Shown piece after piece: positions 50,662 through 60,323 of a stretch of 64,000 nucleotides of DNA. How positions within the stretch are numbered: position 1 is the first letter of the stretch; each line of letters begins with the position of its first letter. The translations under genes and the position numbers were made by a program. This DNA is from Candidatus Poribacteria bacterium (GTDB taxonomy: Bacteria > Poribacteria > WGA-4E > PCPOR2b). Below the pieces are notes generated by a model. It did no database searches and had not been told where the DNA came from. It was given only the letters and a program-made list of their open reading frames with translations. The stretch spans positions 32,001 to 96,000 of the forward strand of contig OZ244042.1 of assembly GCA_965215015.1 (NCBI GenBank), read 5' to 3'.

Positions 50662-50962
50662 CAGGAGCTACACACCTAAGTTTGTAGTCGCGCGTTCATT
50701 GCGCCTCTTTAAGGGAGTCGGCATACGGCGTATGTCGACTCCCCCCTTCTCCCCGCTAAATACCCGGTGGGGTGTCCGTCAATTCCTGGCACAATGGGCC
50801 TGTCTCCCCTCGCTTGTGGGGGACTGAGGGGATTCTTAGGGGGCAGCTACTTACGACTATGGGATGATGTAGTTGTCCGATTCGTCGGGCACCGTGAACC
50901 GTATGGCCCGATGATGGGGACCCGACCTACGAGGGTTTGAACCTTCAACTGCGTAAGTCCTA
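50662..50962. mobile_element. MITE-like composite repeat with both terminal inverted repeats
   Basis: CAGGAGCTACACAC ... TCAACTGCGTAAGTCCTA, with internal REP-like and GC-palindrome modules. Confidence 0.65.
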
Positions 50963-50994
50963 TACATAAACAACAATTCTATAACGAGGAGATT

Positions 50995-52119
50995 ATGAAA
51001 CGTAAATTACTTTTTTGTTTAATCTTTGTGGTCACTGTTTTTAGTTTTACCGCTTTTGGCGACTCCGGCGACGCGGACACCCCTCACGGTTTAGAAGGTT
51101 GGATCGAATCCAAGATTGGAAGCCTCCACACAATTTGGCTCTTTGTCATCATCGCAATTACCCTTTATCTCCTTGGAAAAGGCGCTGACATACTAGTCGA
51201 CGAAGCGGTTGCCCTCTCAACCCGATGGGGTATCCCGCAGACGCTGATCGGCGCCACAATTGTGAGTCTTGGGACAACGACACCTGAAGCCGCGGTTTCG
51301 GTGTTCGCCGCCGTTCAGGGGGATCCAGACATCGCCCTTGGGAATGCGGTAGGGTCAATTATCTGTGACACCGGACTCATCCTCGGTACTGCCGCGCTGA
51401 TTGCTCCTCTACCGCTCAACCGAAAAATTGTCAATCGCCAAGGTTGGCTGCAACTAGGATCGGGATTTCTGCTGGTGATTGCCTGCCTGCCTTTCGGTTC
51501 GTTAGGAACAACCTTTGCACAAGGAGGGCACCTCCCGCGAGTGATGGGCTTTGTTTTCCTCGGCCTGCTTGCCGCTTATATGTGGCAGTCGATCCGCTGG
51601 TCGCGCGACGCTGACAGCATAATGGAAACGGATCAGATTCACGAAGATTCCGCTAATACGGTGCTTGTCGTTGTCAAGTTGCTATTCGGCATTTTATTAG
51701 TGGTTGCCTCCTCATCGGTGTTAATTCCAGCAGTTAAGATTGTCGCTGAAAGAGTGAAAGTTCCTGAAAGCATCATTGCTGCTACATTGGTAGCCTTTGG
51801 AACCTCTTTGCCCGAATTTGTAACCGCAGTAACTGCTGCAAGAAGAGGACATGGCGCACTCGCGGTCGGAAACGTTATCGGTGCCGATATTCTTAACGTA
51901 CTTTTTGTCGCTGGCGCATCTGCCGCTGTAACGGGCGGCGGGTTAGAAGCACCGACGCACTTTTTCCGCCTGCTTTTCCCGTTGATGTTATTTATCCTGG
52001 TCGTTTTTCGTGTCGGTATATTTGTTTCGGGCGATAGGTTAAAGCGTCCTTTTGGTGTCGTACTTATCGGTGCATATCTGCTTGTGACGATTCTGAGTTA
52101 CAAGGTTACGGGAGGTTGA
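50995..52119 (+). CDS. Calcium/sodium antiporter (CaCA, YrbG-like)
   Basis: Two alpha repeats: GTTTPE...GNAVGS and GTSLPE...GNVIGA. Confidence 0.9.
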   Translation: MKRKLLFCLIFVVTVFSFTAFGDSGDADTPHGLEGWIESKIGSLHTIWLFVIIAITLYLLGKGADILVDEAVALSTRWGIPQTLIGATIVSLGTTTPEAAVSVFAAVQGDPDIALGNAVGSIICDTGLILGTAALIAPLPLNRKIVNRQGWLQLGSGFLLVIACLPFGSLGTTFAQGGHLPRVMGFVFLGLLAAYMWQSIRWSRDADSIMETDQIHEDSANTVLVVVKLLFGILLVVASSSVLIPAVKIVAERVKVPESIIAATLVAFGTSLPEFVTAVTAARRGHGALAVGNVIGADILNVLFVAGASAAVTGGGLEAPTHFFRLLFPLMLFILVVFRVGIFVSGDRLKRPFGVVLIGAYLLVTILSYKVTGG

Positions 52120-52163
52120 AACCCTAGTTGTGGTTTCAGAGATAGCTTAACAAGGGGACAAAA

Positions 52164-53318
52164 ATGAAAACATACCGTGTCAATATCTTAGGATGTCGAG
52201 GACGGGGGACAGCAGCAGCCAGAGCGTATCATGCACATCCGCGGACGGAGATTGTTGCGCTTTGTGACCTAGTCGAAGAGCGGTTGAACACGCTTGGAGA
52301 TGAGGTTGGCGTGTCCGCGCGTTTCACCGACCTCGACGAAATGATTCGCCAAACGGAGCCGGACATCGTTGCAATCCCAACAGGGACGGAATTTCACTAT
52401 GACCTGTGCATGCGTGTCCTAGAACACGGCGTCAACATTGAGGTCGAAAAACCGATGTGCGTTGATTTAATCCAAGCCGATGCCGTTATTGCGCGGGCAC
52501 AGGAGAAAGGTGTGCACACTGCTGTGCATCATCAGGGGCGGGTTGGCGCATCAATGCAAGCGATTGGGCGGGCGTTCAAAGAAGGAAAAATCGGGGAACT
52601 CCGATATATCTATGGTAGTGGCAAGGGGTACTATGGCGGTTACGGTCTGATGAACATCGGCACCCATATGATTAACAACATGCTCAGATTTGGCGGGTGC
52701 CCCCGTAGTGTCGTCACCCAAGCGACAACAGACGGGCATCCAATCACCCCGGACGATATTGTGCCATCACCGAGCGGGATGGGGACCATCGCCTGTGAAC
52801 ATATTACAGCGTCATTGCAATTTGATAACAACGTGACGGCGACACTCCTCCAGCATCGCTTCGATAAGATGGACTCTTCTGCTTATGCGATGGAATTGTA
52901 CGGCAGTGAGGGACGACTGATGTGGAGAGGCGACCAAGCATGGTGGCTGCCTCAACCCCACTTTATCCCGGATGGAGAGCATGACCAATGGGAAACACTT
53001 GAATCAATCTATCCCAAAAGCTACCAACCGGACAGCAGCGCAGCGGAGGCAGACTACTGGTTTGTCGAGGAATATATCCGCGCCTTGGACGAAGGACGGG
53101 AGCATGAATGCAGCGGGTTGGAGGGAAGGCGTGTGTTGGAAGTCTTGATGGGGGTGCTCGAGTCTGCGGCTCACGGGACACGCGTAGATCTCCCGCAAGA
53201 GAACCGGGAGCATCCGTTACGCCGCTGGCGAAGCGAAGCCGCGTTAGAGCCGCCCTCTGAAATGCCACGTCCCTATTGGGATTGGCTCTCAACCGAGTTT
53301 GAACGTTTAGGTAGATGA
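52164..53318 (+). CDS. Gfo/Idh/MocA family oxidoreductase
   Basis: ILGCRGRG, PDIVAIPT, VEKP, LMNIGTH. Confidence 0.85.
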   Translation: MKTYRVNILGCRGRGTAAARAYHAHPRTEIVALCDLVEERLNTLGDEVGVSARFTDLDEMIRQTEPDIVAIPTGTEFHYDLCMRVLEHGVNIEVEKPMCVDLIQADAVIARAQEKGVHTAVHHQGRVGASMQAIGRAFKEGKIGELRYIYGSGKGYYGGYGLMNIGTHMINNMLRFGGCPRSVVTQATTDGHPITPDDIVPSPSGMGTIACEHITASLQFDNNVTATLLQHRFDKMDSSAYAMELYGSEGRLMWRGDQAWWLPQPHFIPDGEHDQWETLESIYPKSYQPDSSAAEADYWFVEEYIRALDEGREHECSGLEGRRVLEVLMGVLESAAHGTRVDLPQENREHPLRRWRSEAALEPPSEMPRPYWDWLSTEFERLGR

Positions 53319-53361
53319 TTTACGGCTGCCCTACTAATTCTTGACTGCTCGCCGATATATT

Positions 53362-54558
53362 TCAAAGCGGTTTCAGCCACTCCTCCGGCACCTGAAGCCC
53401 GAACCCGGGGCCCGAGGGCAAACCTAGCTTGCCATCAATTGGCATCAGTGTACCCGGTGGAGTTCGATAACAGGACCGTCCTGACTCCGAAGGCGATCCC
53501 AAGTAACACTCATCCAATGGAATGCCCGGTGCTGAAGCTTGAAAAAGTTCAATCAACGGCGTGTTAGGCATGGCGGCGGTCCAATGTTGTCCATACGGAT
53601 TGTTGGCACCGGTGTGCAGACACATTGGAATGCCGACTGCATCTGCAAAGTGAGCCAGTTTCATCGCCTCTGTAAAACCACCGATCCAGTGGAGGTCTGC
53701 CTGAACAAGGTCTATTAGGCTTTCCTCCACCGCCCGCATCCCGGGCCAGCGCGTTGCCCAATGCTCTCCAGTGGCAAGAGTTTGCCATGGAACGCGCTCG
53801 CGTACGGCTTTTAACCCCTTCCAATCGTGCGGAACCAACATCTCTTCCATCCACCGCATCCGGTAAGGGCGTAGGGCTTCACACATCTGCACGGCGTAAT
53901 CGGCGTCATAGGCCATCCAACAATCAAGCATCAAATCCGCCTCGGGACCAATCTGCTCGCGGGTTTTTGCGATTAATTCCACGGTGCCATCAATGCCCGC
54001 CTGACCGTCATAGACCCCATACGGTCGCGCCAGTTTGAACTTTTTGAACCCGAGCTCTATACTCCAGTCCACATCATTGCCGGTTACATACACATCCATT
54101 GAACGGCGCGCAGGACCTCCGGCGAGCCGATAGACCGGCTGATCTAGGGTTTTGCCCCACAAATCCCACAACGCCAGATCCACGCCAGCTACGGCGCGTG
54201 CTGTCAAGCCTTCATTGCCAAAGGAGAGCGTTCCGCGCCACATTAGATCATTACAAAGGTCAATCGCACCCACCTCTTGCCCAACAACCAGCGGTGCGAG
54301 GCATTCGTTGATAAGTATCGTTGCTACGTGGCCCGTGTCAGCGAGGCCCAAGCCCCAAGTTCCGTCATCAGCGATAACCTTAACCCACACCAATCCACCC
54401 GGAGACCGTCGCTGGACCGGCTGGTCGAATCTATCCAAGGGGGTTGCCTCCACAAATGTCTGCCCCCAAGGCGGACGGCGGGCCGGTGTCCCTTCTTCGC
54501 TCGGCGGTGGCGGTTGCAATTCACACACCTGTATATCAACTATCTTATTCGCAGCCAT
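53362..54558 (-). CDS. Enolase-superfamily dehydratase (L-rhamnonate dehydratase-like)
   Basis: VDLALWDLWGK, KKFKL, LMLDCWM, WMEE, ATGEHWATR, GPGFG. Confidence 0.85.
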   Translation of the reverse strand: MAANKIVDIQVCELQPPPPSEEGTPARRPPWGQTFVEATPLDRFDQPVQRRSPGGLVWVKVIADDGTWGLGLADTGHVATILINECLAPLVVGQEVGAIDLCNDLMWRGTLSFGNEGLTARAVAGVDLALWDLWGKTLDQPVYRLAGGPARRSMDVYVTGNDVDWSIELGFKKFKLARPYGVYDGQAGIDGTVELIAKTREQIGPEADLMLDCWMAYDADYAVQMCEALRPYRMRWMEEMLVPHDWKGLKAVRERVPWQTLATGEHWATRWPGMRAVEESLIDLVQADLHWIGGFTEAMKLAHFADAVGIPMCLHTGANNPYGQHWTAAMPNTPLIELFQASAPGIPLDECYLGSPSESGRSCYRTPPGTLMPIDGKLGLPSGPGFGLQVPEEWLKPL

Positions 54559-54641
54559 TCAAATATTCCTTGTGTAATGTAGACCAATTTTCCAAAATCA
54601 ATTCAGAGACACTGGTGAATCCCGATTGACGATTTCTGGAA

Positions 54642-55544
54642 TTATTGGGTTGTTAATCCATCGGCTTGTGCGCGGTTCAGCCAACCCGGCAGCTTAACTT
54701 TAGCCGACAACTCCCAAGCCGTCAGGTAGAGTGCAGCCGTAAAACGTGTCGCTTCACGAGCCCGCTCAGTCGCAAAATCAACGACTTCAGGAACGCGCTC
54801 CCAGTCTTTGTTTCCAAAAGAAGGCAGGTCAGCCCCCAGTTCATACACCCGGTTGAGCAGGGCAAAGCCCGCATGAAATTCCTCCACAATACCAGCCATC
54901 AGATCATCTAGAGGCTCGATCTCCTGATCCTTTGCCAGCATCGATGGATCGAGAGCCAAATATTCGATAAGCGCGTCCACTTTCTCATGAATCCCTTTAT
55001 GCAAGACAGAACCATCCGACTGTTTCCAACCGTCGAAATGAATTGTCAGATGCAAGGGTTGACACATATCCTGCGCGTAGTGAGCAACGAATCCGGCATA
55101 AACTAGGCATTTACTCTGAATATGGGGATTGTTGGGCCATTTTCGGTGCTCGGCAAATGCCACGGCAAGGCGCTCTGTCCATTCAGCAAGGGCATAAGGC
55201 ACGAACCCCACCTTGTCGGGTTTAATCCCCAACTCAGTGCACAACTGAGTAAACTCATACCGGGTTTTCGGGAGTGGCTTGCCCTGTAAAAGCTCCAAAT
55301 CGAGGTAGTGCTCTGGATGTTCCGCCGCGCTGACATGGGGCGTACCATGATTTTTTGATATATCCGGCTCGTACGCACAGTGGGCAATCATTCCTTCCCC
55401 TGCTTGGAAAAACGCAGGCACCTCATCGGGCAATGCTCGAACCGCTGCTCGCGTTAGGATGCCATGTCCGCCCGACCACCACCCCCACGCAGCACCTTCG
55501 GCGACAAATAAACTCACACATACAGTCAATAAGAAACGTCTCAT
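54642..55544 (-). CDS. Secreted S1/P1 nuclease / Zn-dependent phospholipase C-fold protein
   Basis: Signal peptide followed by mature W..GH (WWSGGH), EPD, HYLD, HYAQDMCQPLH, IHEKVD. Confidence 0.75.
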   Translation of the reverse strand: MRRFLLTVCVSLFVAEGAAWGWWSGGHGILTRAAVRALPDEVPAFFQAGEGMIAHCAYEPDISKNHGTPHVSAAEHPEHYLDLELLQGKPLPKTRYEFTQLCTELGIKPDKVGFVPYALAEWTERLAVAFAEHRKWPNNPHIQSKCLVYAGFVAHYAQDMCQPLHLTIHFDGWKQSDGSVLHKGIHEKVDALIEYLALDPSMLAKDQEIEPLDDLMAGIVEEFHAGFALLNRVYELGADLPSFGNKDWERVPEVVDFATERAREATRFTAALYLTAWELSAKVKLPGWLNRAQADGLTTQ

Positions 55545-55712
55545 TTTTGCACTTGACTCCTTATCAGAAATGGAATATGCTACATTTTAAAAATAGGAAA
55601 TAAGTAGTTACTGGCTTTTAATAAAATGCAAGGGAACCAGGGGGCTAAGACGCAAAAAAAAGAAAGCGAGAGAACCGGCTTCCCATTTTCCGCTTCATCA
55701 GGGAAGGGGGTC

Positions 55713-57308
55713 TTTTCTTGGTTCTTCTCCCGATGAAACCGTGAATCCATGATACAGTAAGCATTCCCTTGGGAGGCAACCGAATCAGGACTGGTGCCTC
55801 CTCTCCCCGCTTGCGCCCTTCCCCCCGCTTGCGGGGGGACTGAGGGGGGTAAGTTAAATTTCGTAGTTCGGTGATTCATTGCCGAACAATATCACTGCTG
55901 GTGCCCGATGAATCGGGCGACTACAGTAAATCCATAGGTTTGTAGTTGGGCGATTTATCGCCCGTCCGAACGCAGGTTGAATTACGCTACTACAAGTTGG
56001 AGCAAGTTGGAGCGCGTAAGTCCGAAATATTTCAAAACGAGGTCGTTTCTTGGTTCTTCTCCCGATGAAACCGTGAATCCATGATACAGTAAGCATTCCC
56101 TTGGGAGGGCAGCCGAATCGGGACTAGTGCCTCCTCTCCCCGCTGGCGCCCTTCCCCCCGCTTGCGGGGGGACTGAGGGGGGTAAGTTAAATTTCGTAGT
56201 TGGGCGATTTATCGCCCGTCCGAACGCAGGTTGAATTACGCTACTACAAGTTGGAGCAAGTTGGAGCGCGTAAGTCCGAAATATTTCAAAACGAGGTCGT
56301 TTCTTGGTTCTTCTCCCGATGAAACCGTGAATCCATGATACAGTAAGCATTCCCTTGGGAGGGCAGCCGAATCGGGACTGGTGCCTCCTCTCCCCGCTGG
56401 CACCCTTCCCCCCGCTTGCGGGGGGACTGAGGGGGGTAAGTTAAATTTCGTAGTTGGGCGATTTATCGCCCGTCCGAACGCAGGTTGAATTACGCTACTA
56501 CAAGTTGGAGCAAGTTGGAGCGCGTAAGTCCGAAATATTTCAAAACGGGGTCGTTTCTTGGTTCTTCTCCCGATGAAACCGTGAATCCATGATACAGTAA
56601 GCATTCCCTTGGGAGGGCAACCGAATCAGGACTGGTGCCTCCTCTCCCCGCTGGCGCCCTTCCCCCCGCTTGCGGGGGGACTGAGGGGGGTAAGTTAAAT
56701 TTCGTAGTTGGGCGATTTATCGCCCGTCCGAACGCAGGTTGAATTACGCTACTACAAGTTGGAGCAAGTTGGAGCGCGTAAGTCCGAAATATTTCAAAAC
56801 GAGGTCGTTTCTTGGTTCTTCTCCCGATGAAACCGTGAATCCATGATACAGTAAGCATTCCCTTGGGAGGGCAGCCGAATCGGGACTGGTGCCTCCTCTC
56901 CCCGCTTGCGCCCTTCCCCCCGCTTGCGGGGGGACTGAGGGGGGTAAGTTAAATTTCGTAGTTGGGCGATTTATCGCCCGTCCGAACGCAGGTTGAATTA
57001 CGCTACTACAAGTTGGAGCAAGTTGGAGCGCGTAAGTCCGAAATATTTCAAAACGGGGTCGTTTCTTGGTTCTTCTCCCAATGAAACCGTGAATCCATGA
57101 TACAGTAAGCATTCCCTTGGGAGGGCAACGGCATCGGGACTGGTGCCTCCTCTCCCCGCTTGCGCCCTTCCCCCCGCTTGCGGGGGGACTGAGGGGGGTA
57201 AGTTAAATTTCGTAGTTGGGCGATTTATCGCCCGTCCGAACGCAGGTTGAATTACGCTACTACAAGTTGGAGCAAGTTGGAGCGCGTAAGTCCGAAATAT
57301 TTCAAAAC
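55713..57308. repeat. Tandem array with 254-bp period (five full units plus partial units at both ends)
   Basis: GTAGTTGGGCGATTTATCGCCC at 55942, 56196, 56450, 56704, 56958 and 57212. A partial unit at about 55713-55868 is separated from the first full unit by a different REP-like doublet. Confidence 0.95.
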
Positions 57309-57397
57309 TCTGCAAAGTTTAATCCGCATTATAGCACTGATCGAGGTTTTGGGCAACAACAATCCTACAGCTAAAGCAGAATGTAAGCGAGGACGTT

Positions 57398-58405
57398 ATG
57401 ACAGGCGAAGTAAAACAAAATATACGTTGGGGGATTCTGAGTACGGCAAGGATCGCAACAAAGGTAGCACGAGCCATCAACTTGGCAGACGGTGCCGAGT
57501 TGACGACAATCGCGAGTCGAAAGGAAGAGCGAGCCAAAATGTGGGCGTCTGAACACGACGTTGGAATAGCCTACGGAAACTATGAGGCACTCCTCGAAGA
57601 CCCGGAAATTGATGCCATTTACAACCCATTGCCACCCTCAATGCACGCCGAGTGGACTATCAAAGCGGCGCAACAGGGTAAACATGTGCTGTGCGAAAAA
57701 CCGTTGGAGGCAAACACAGAAAAAGCGATAGCGATGGCAGATGCCTGTCAGCAGCACAATGTGCAACTGATGGATGGCGTCATGTGGGTGCATCACGTGC
57801 GTACTCCTAGGATGAAACAGGTCATTGATGATGGGACTTTAGGACAATTGCGTCGGGTGACGGCGGCATTTACCACAGGTTGGGACAAAATTCCAGAAGA
57901 CAACATCCGGGTCAAAAAGGAACTTGCCGGCGGCTGCCTCGGAGATCTCGGTTACTATTGTGTTCGCTGCATTCTCTGGGCATTCGGCGATTTACCAACG
58001 CAGGTCTTTGCTACCGCACGCTATTATCGTGATGTAGAACTCAACCTGTCAGGCACCCTCTGGTTTGAAGACGAACGGATAGCCGCATTTGATTGTGGCT
58101 ATGATACCGCCAGCCGCAGGTGGTTTGAGGTTGCTGGCACCCAAGCTTCTATTGTATGCGATGATTTCGTAGTACCCCGGCAAGAAGACTCGACCCGTTT
58201 CTGGATACACGGTGCACAGGGACGGAACGAAGAACATAAAAGCGGAGGCTGTATCCAAGAGGTACGCATGATTGAACGGTTTTCAAACATTGTTCGGATC
58301 GGGCAGCTTGAGCCGCACTGGCAAACCGAAGCAATCAATACAATGCGTGTCTGCGACGCGTTGAGTGAATCTGCACGACTCGCACAGGTTATCCAAATCA
58401 GTTAG
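57398..58405 (+). CDS. Gfo/Idh/MocA family oxidoreductase
   Basis: RWGILSTARIA, IDAIYNPLP, GKHVLCEKP, GGCLGDLGYY. Confidence 0.9.
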   Translation: MTGEVKQNIRWGILSTARIATKVARAINLADGAELTTIASRKEERAKMWASEHDVGIAYGNYEALLEDPEIDAIYNPLPPSMHAEWTIKAAQQGKHVLCEKPLEANTEKAIAMADACQQHNVQLMDGVMWVHHVRTPRMKQVIDDGTLGQLRRVTAAFTTGWDKIPEDNIRVKKELAGGCLGDLGYYCVRCILWAFGDLPTQVFATARYYRDVELNLSGTLWFEDERIAAFDCGYDTASRRWFEVAGTQASIVCDDFVVPRQEDSTRFWIHGAQGRNEEHKSGGCIQEVRMIERFSNIVRIGQLEPHWQTEAINTMRVCDALSESARLAQVIQIS

Positions 58406-58418
58406 AAAGTGGGATTCG

Positions 58419-59219
58419 CTATCCCATCGACACACCGCCATCGACATGGATGGTCTGTCCGGTGATGTTTCGAGACTCCTCGGACGACAGAAAGACGACA
58501 AGGTTGCCGATATCCTCCGGCGTCTGCTCCCGCTGCAGCGGTGTGTTTTGTTTGACCCATTGCTCAAACAGGGCACGCGGTTCAAGATTTGCATAAGTCG
58601 GGTCGTTCTCGGCGATTAACGGTGCAAGCCTGTGCCAAAACCCGGTCCAGAGCATCCCCGGACAGATCGCATTGACATTGACGTTATGGGGGCCAAGGTC
58701 TTTAGCCACCAGTCGTGTCAAATTCAACAGGGCATTCTTGGCCGCAGCATAAGCCGGCGCAATCTGCGGGTCTCGCTTTGCTGCAATTGACGAGATATTG
58801 ATAATCTTCCCAAACTTCCGGTCCACCATGTGAGAGGCAACGGCTTTACAGAGGAAGAAGGGACCCTTGACGTGGACAGCTAAGTTATCATCCCAGTCTG
58901 CCTCTGTTTGGTTGGTGAACGGCAGCCCAAGGTTCTTACCGAAATGCCCAGCGTTGTTGACCAGAATATCTACCTGTCCGAACGTTTTAAGTGTTTCCTC
59001 CACCAGAGCGGTGCAATCTCCCTCCTTCGTTACGTCTGACTGAATCGCCAACCCGCTTTGGCCCGTCTCCTCAATCCTTTCAACGCAACCCTGTGCTGCC
59101 TCAAGATTCACATCCGACACGACTATGTTCGCACCTTCCCTAGCAAGACATAGACTGATACCCGTTCCCATCCCACCACCGCCACCCGTGACGATAGCAA
59201 CTCGATCTTTCAAACGCAT
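58419..59219 (-). CDS. Short-chain dehydrogenase/reductase
   Basis: TGGGGGMG, NNAG, YAAAK, VNAICPG, ITGQTIHVDGG. Confidence 0.92.
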   Translation of the reverse strand: MRLKDRVAIVTGGGGGMGTGISLCLAREGANIVVSDVNLEAAQGCVERIEETGQSGLAIQSDVTKEGDCTALVEETLKTFGQVDILVNNAGHFGKNLGLPFTNQTEADWDDNLAVHVKGPFFLCKAVASHMVDRKFGKIINISSIAAKRDPQIAPAYAAAKNALLNLTRLVAKDLGPHNVNVNAICPGMLWTGFWHRLAPLIAENDPTYANLEPRALFEQWVKQNTPLQREQTPEDIGNLVVFLSSEESRNITGQTIHVDGGVSMG

Positions 59220-59326
59220 AGAAATCTCCTTTGACTTATGTTAAGAAATCGTGCAACGGAGTTGAGGCTTCCTAGCCCGACTGTACCAATGAACTAATGA
59301 ACCAATAAACAGATTATTTTCACGTT

Positions 59327-60115
59327 TCATGCATCTTTTACCCGCTGCCATTTCAACACCTTTTGGGCATGAGGAGGCAGGCTCTCCCAGAGTTCCCTAG
59401 GGAAGTGCTTTTCGGTGTACTCATGCAGCCATTGGCTGAACAACCATGGGACGCTGAATGCCATACACAACTCATCGCGCGGGTGGCCCGATCTATTTGG
59501 TGTACCACGGTGGAAGGCGCGTGGGTCTTGCACCCAGAGAGAGCCCTTCTTCAGATTAAGGCGGACGGGGTGGTAATTGCCGCGACGGTTGAGGCCCTCG
59601 CCAAAAACGTCGTTCAAATTGGTGGGCAAGCCCTCATCGCCCACATATTGCGTCCCCGGAATGACCTCAAAACTCCCATTTTCCTCGCTTGTGTCAACGA
59701 GCGGAAATTTGACACCAACGGAGTACGCTGGCGTCTTAATTCCCGGAAAAAGAGAGGCACGGCCGTCCCGGTGCCACCTCTGATAATCTGCTCCCGGCAG
59801 TGGTATGTTCGAGTCGAAGTGTGTCCACACGTAATCAGGTCCTAACACACACCCCAGAAATGCAACTAGAGCGGGATGCTCGAAGATCTCCGCATCCACA
59901 AAAGGTCGCTCGAAAGGGACGCGCACGTTATAGCGATGATAGCCGCGGGGTGGATGCTTCCCTTGCCGCTTGATGTCGCGGTCCCGAATCGGTATCCACG
60001 CCTCAAGGATACGGTCAACTGTTTCTACCGGTATCAAATCCTCGAACACGACGAAGCCATTAATCCGCCACTCCTCCATCATCTGATCAATGTCATACTT
60101 TGTGTCCAAACCCAT
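59327..60115 (-). CDS. Phytanoyl-CoA dioxygenase (PhyH) family Fe(II)/2-oxoglutarate dioxygenase
   Basis: QRWHRD, PLVD...ENG..EVIPGT, HRGTPN...PR. Confidence 0.88.
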   Translation of the reverse strand: MGLDTKYDIDQMMEEWRINGFVVFEDLIPVETVDRILEAWIPIRDRDIKRQGKHPPRGYHRYNVRVPFERPFVDAEIFEHPALVAFLGCVLGPDYVWTHFDSNIPLPGADYQRWHRDGRASLFPGIKTPAYSVGVKFPLVDTSEENGSFEVIPGTQYVGDEGLPTNLNDVFGEGLNRRGNYHPVRLNLKKGSLWVQDPRAFHRGTPNRSGHPRDELCMAFSVPWLFSQWLHEYTEKHFPRELWESLPPHAQKVLKWQRVKDA

Positions 60116-60323
60116 GATGTCCCCTCCCTCCTAATTGATTGGGCTGAAAATTGCCAAGGGGGTAAATATCGCAGTTCATCTAAAAAGTAAAGTGCAAAGC
60201 GCGAAGAGAAACCGAGTCTTTTTCTCGATCTCGGGATCCTCTCGGACCTGAAAACTCAGTTTCTGTTGCCGTTTTTTTAATATGAGCCAATTTCGTTTGA
60301 CGGGCTTCAACATTCGGATTTAT

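Noticed and set aside
55713-57308. Tandem array as a CRISPR array
   Set aside because: Whole units are near-identical with no unique spacers, and there are no cas genes in the window.
55854-57315. Repeated 122-aa minus-strand ORFs in the tandem array
   Set aside because: The period of 254 bp is not a multiple of 3, the ORFs overlap each other, no RBS is evident and they are built from modules that are intergenic elsewhere.
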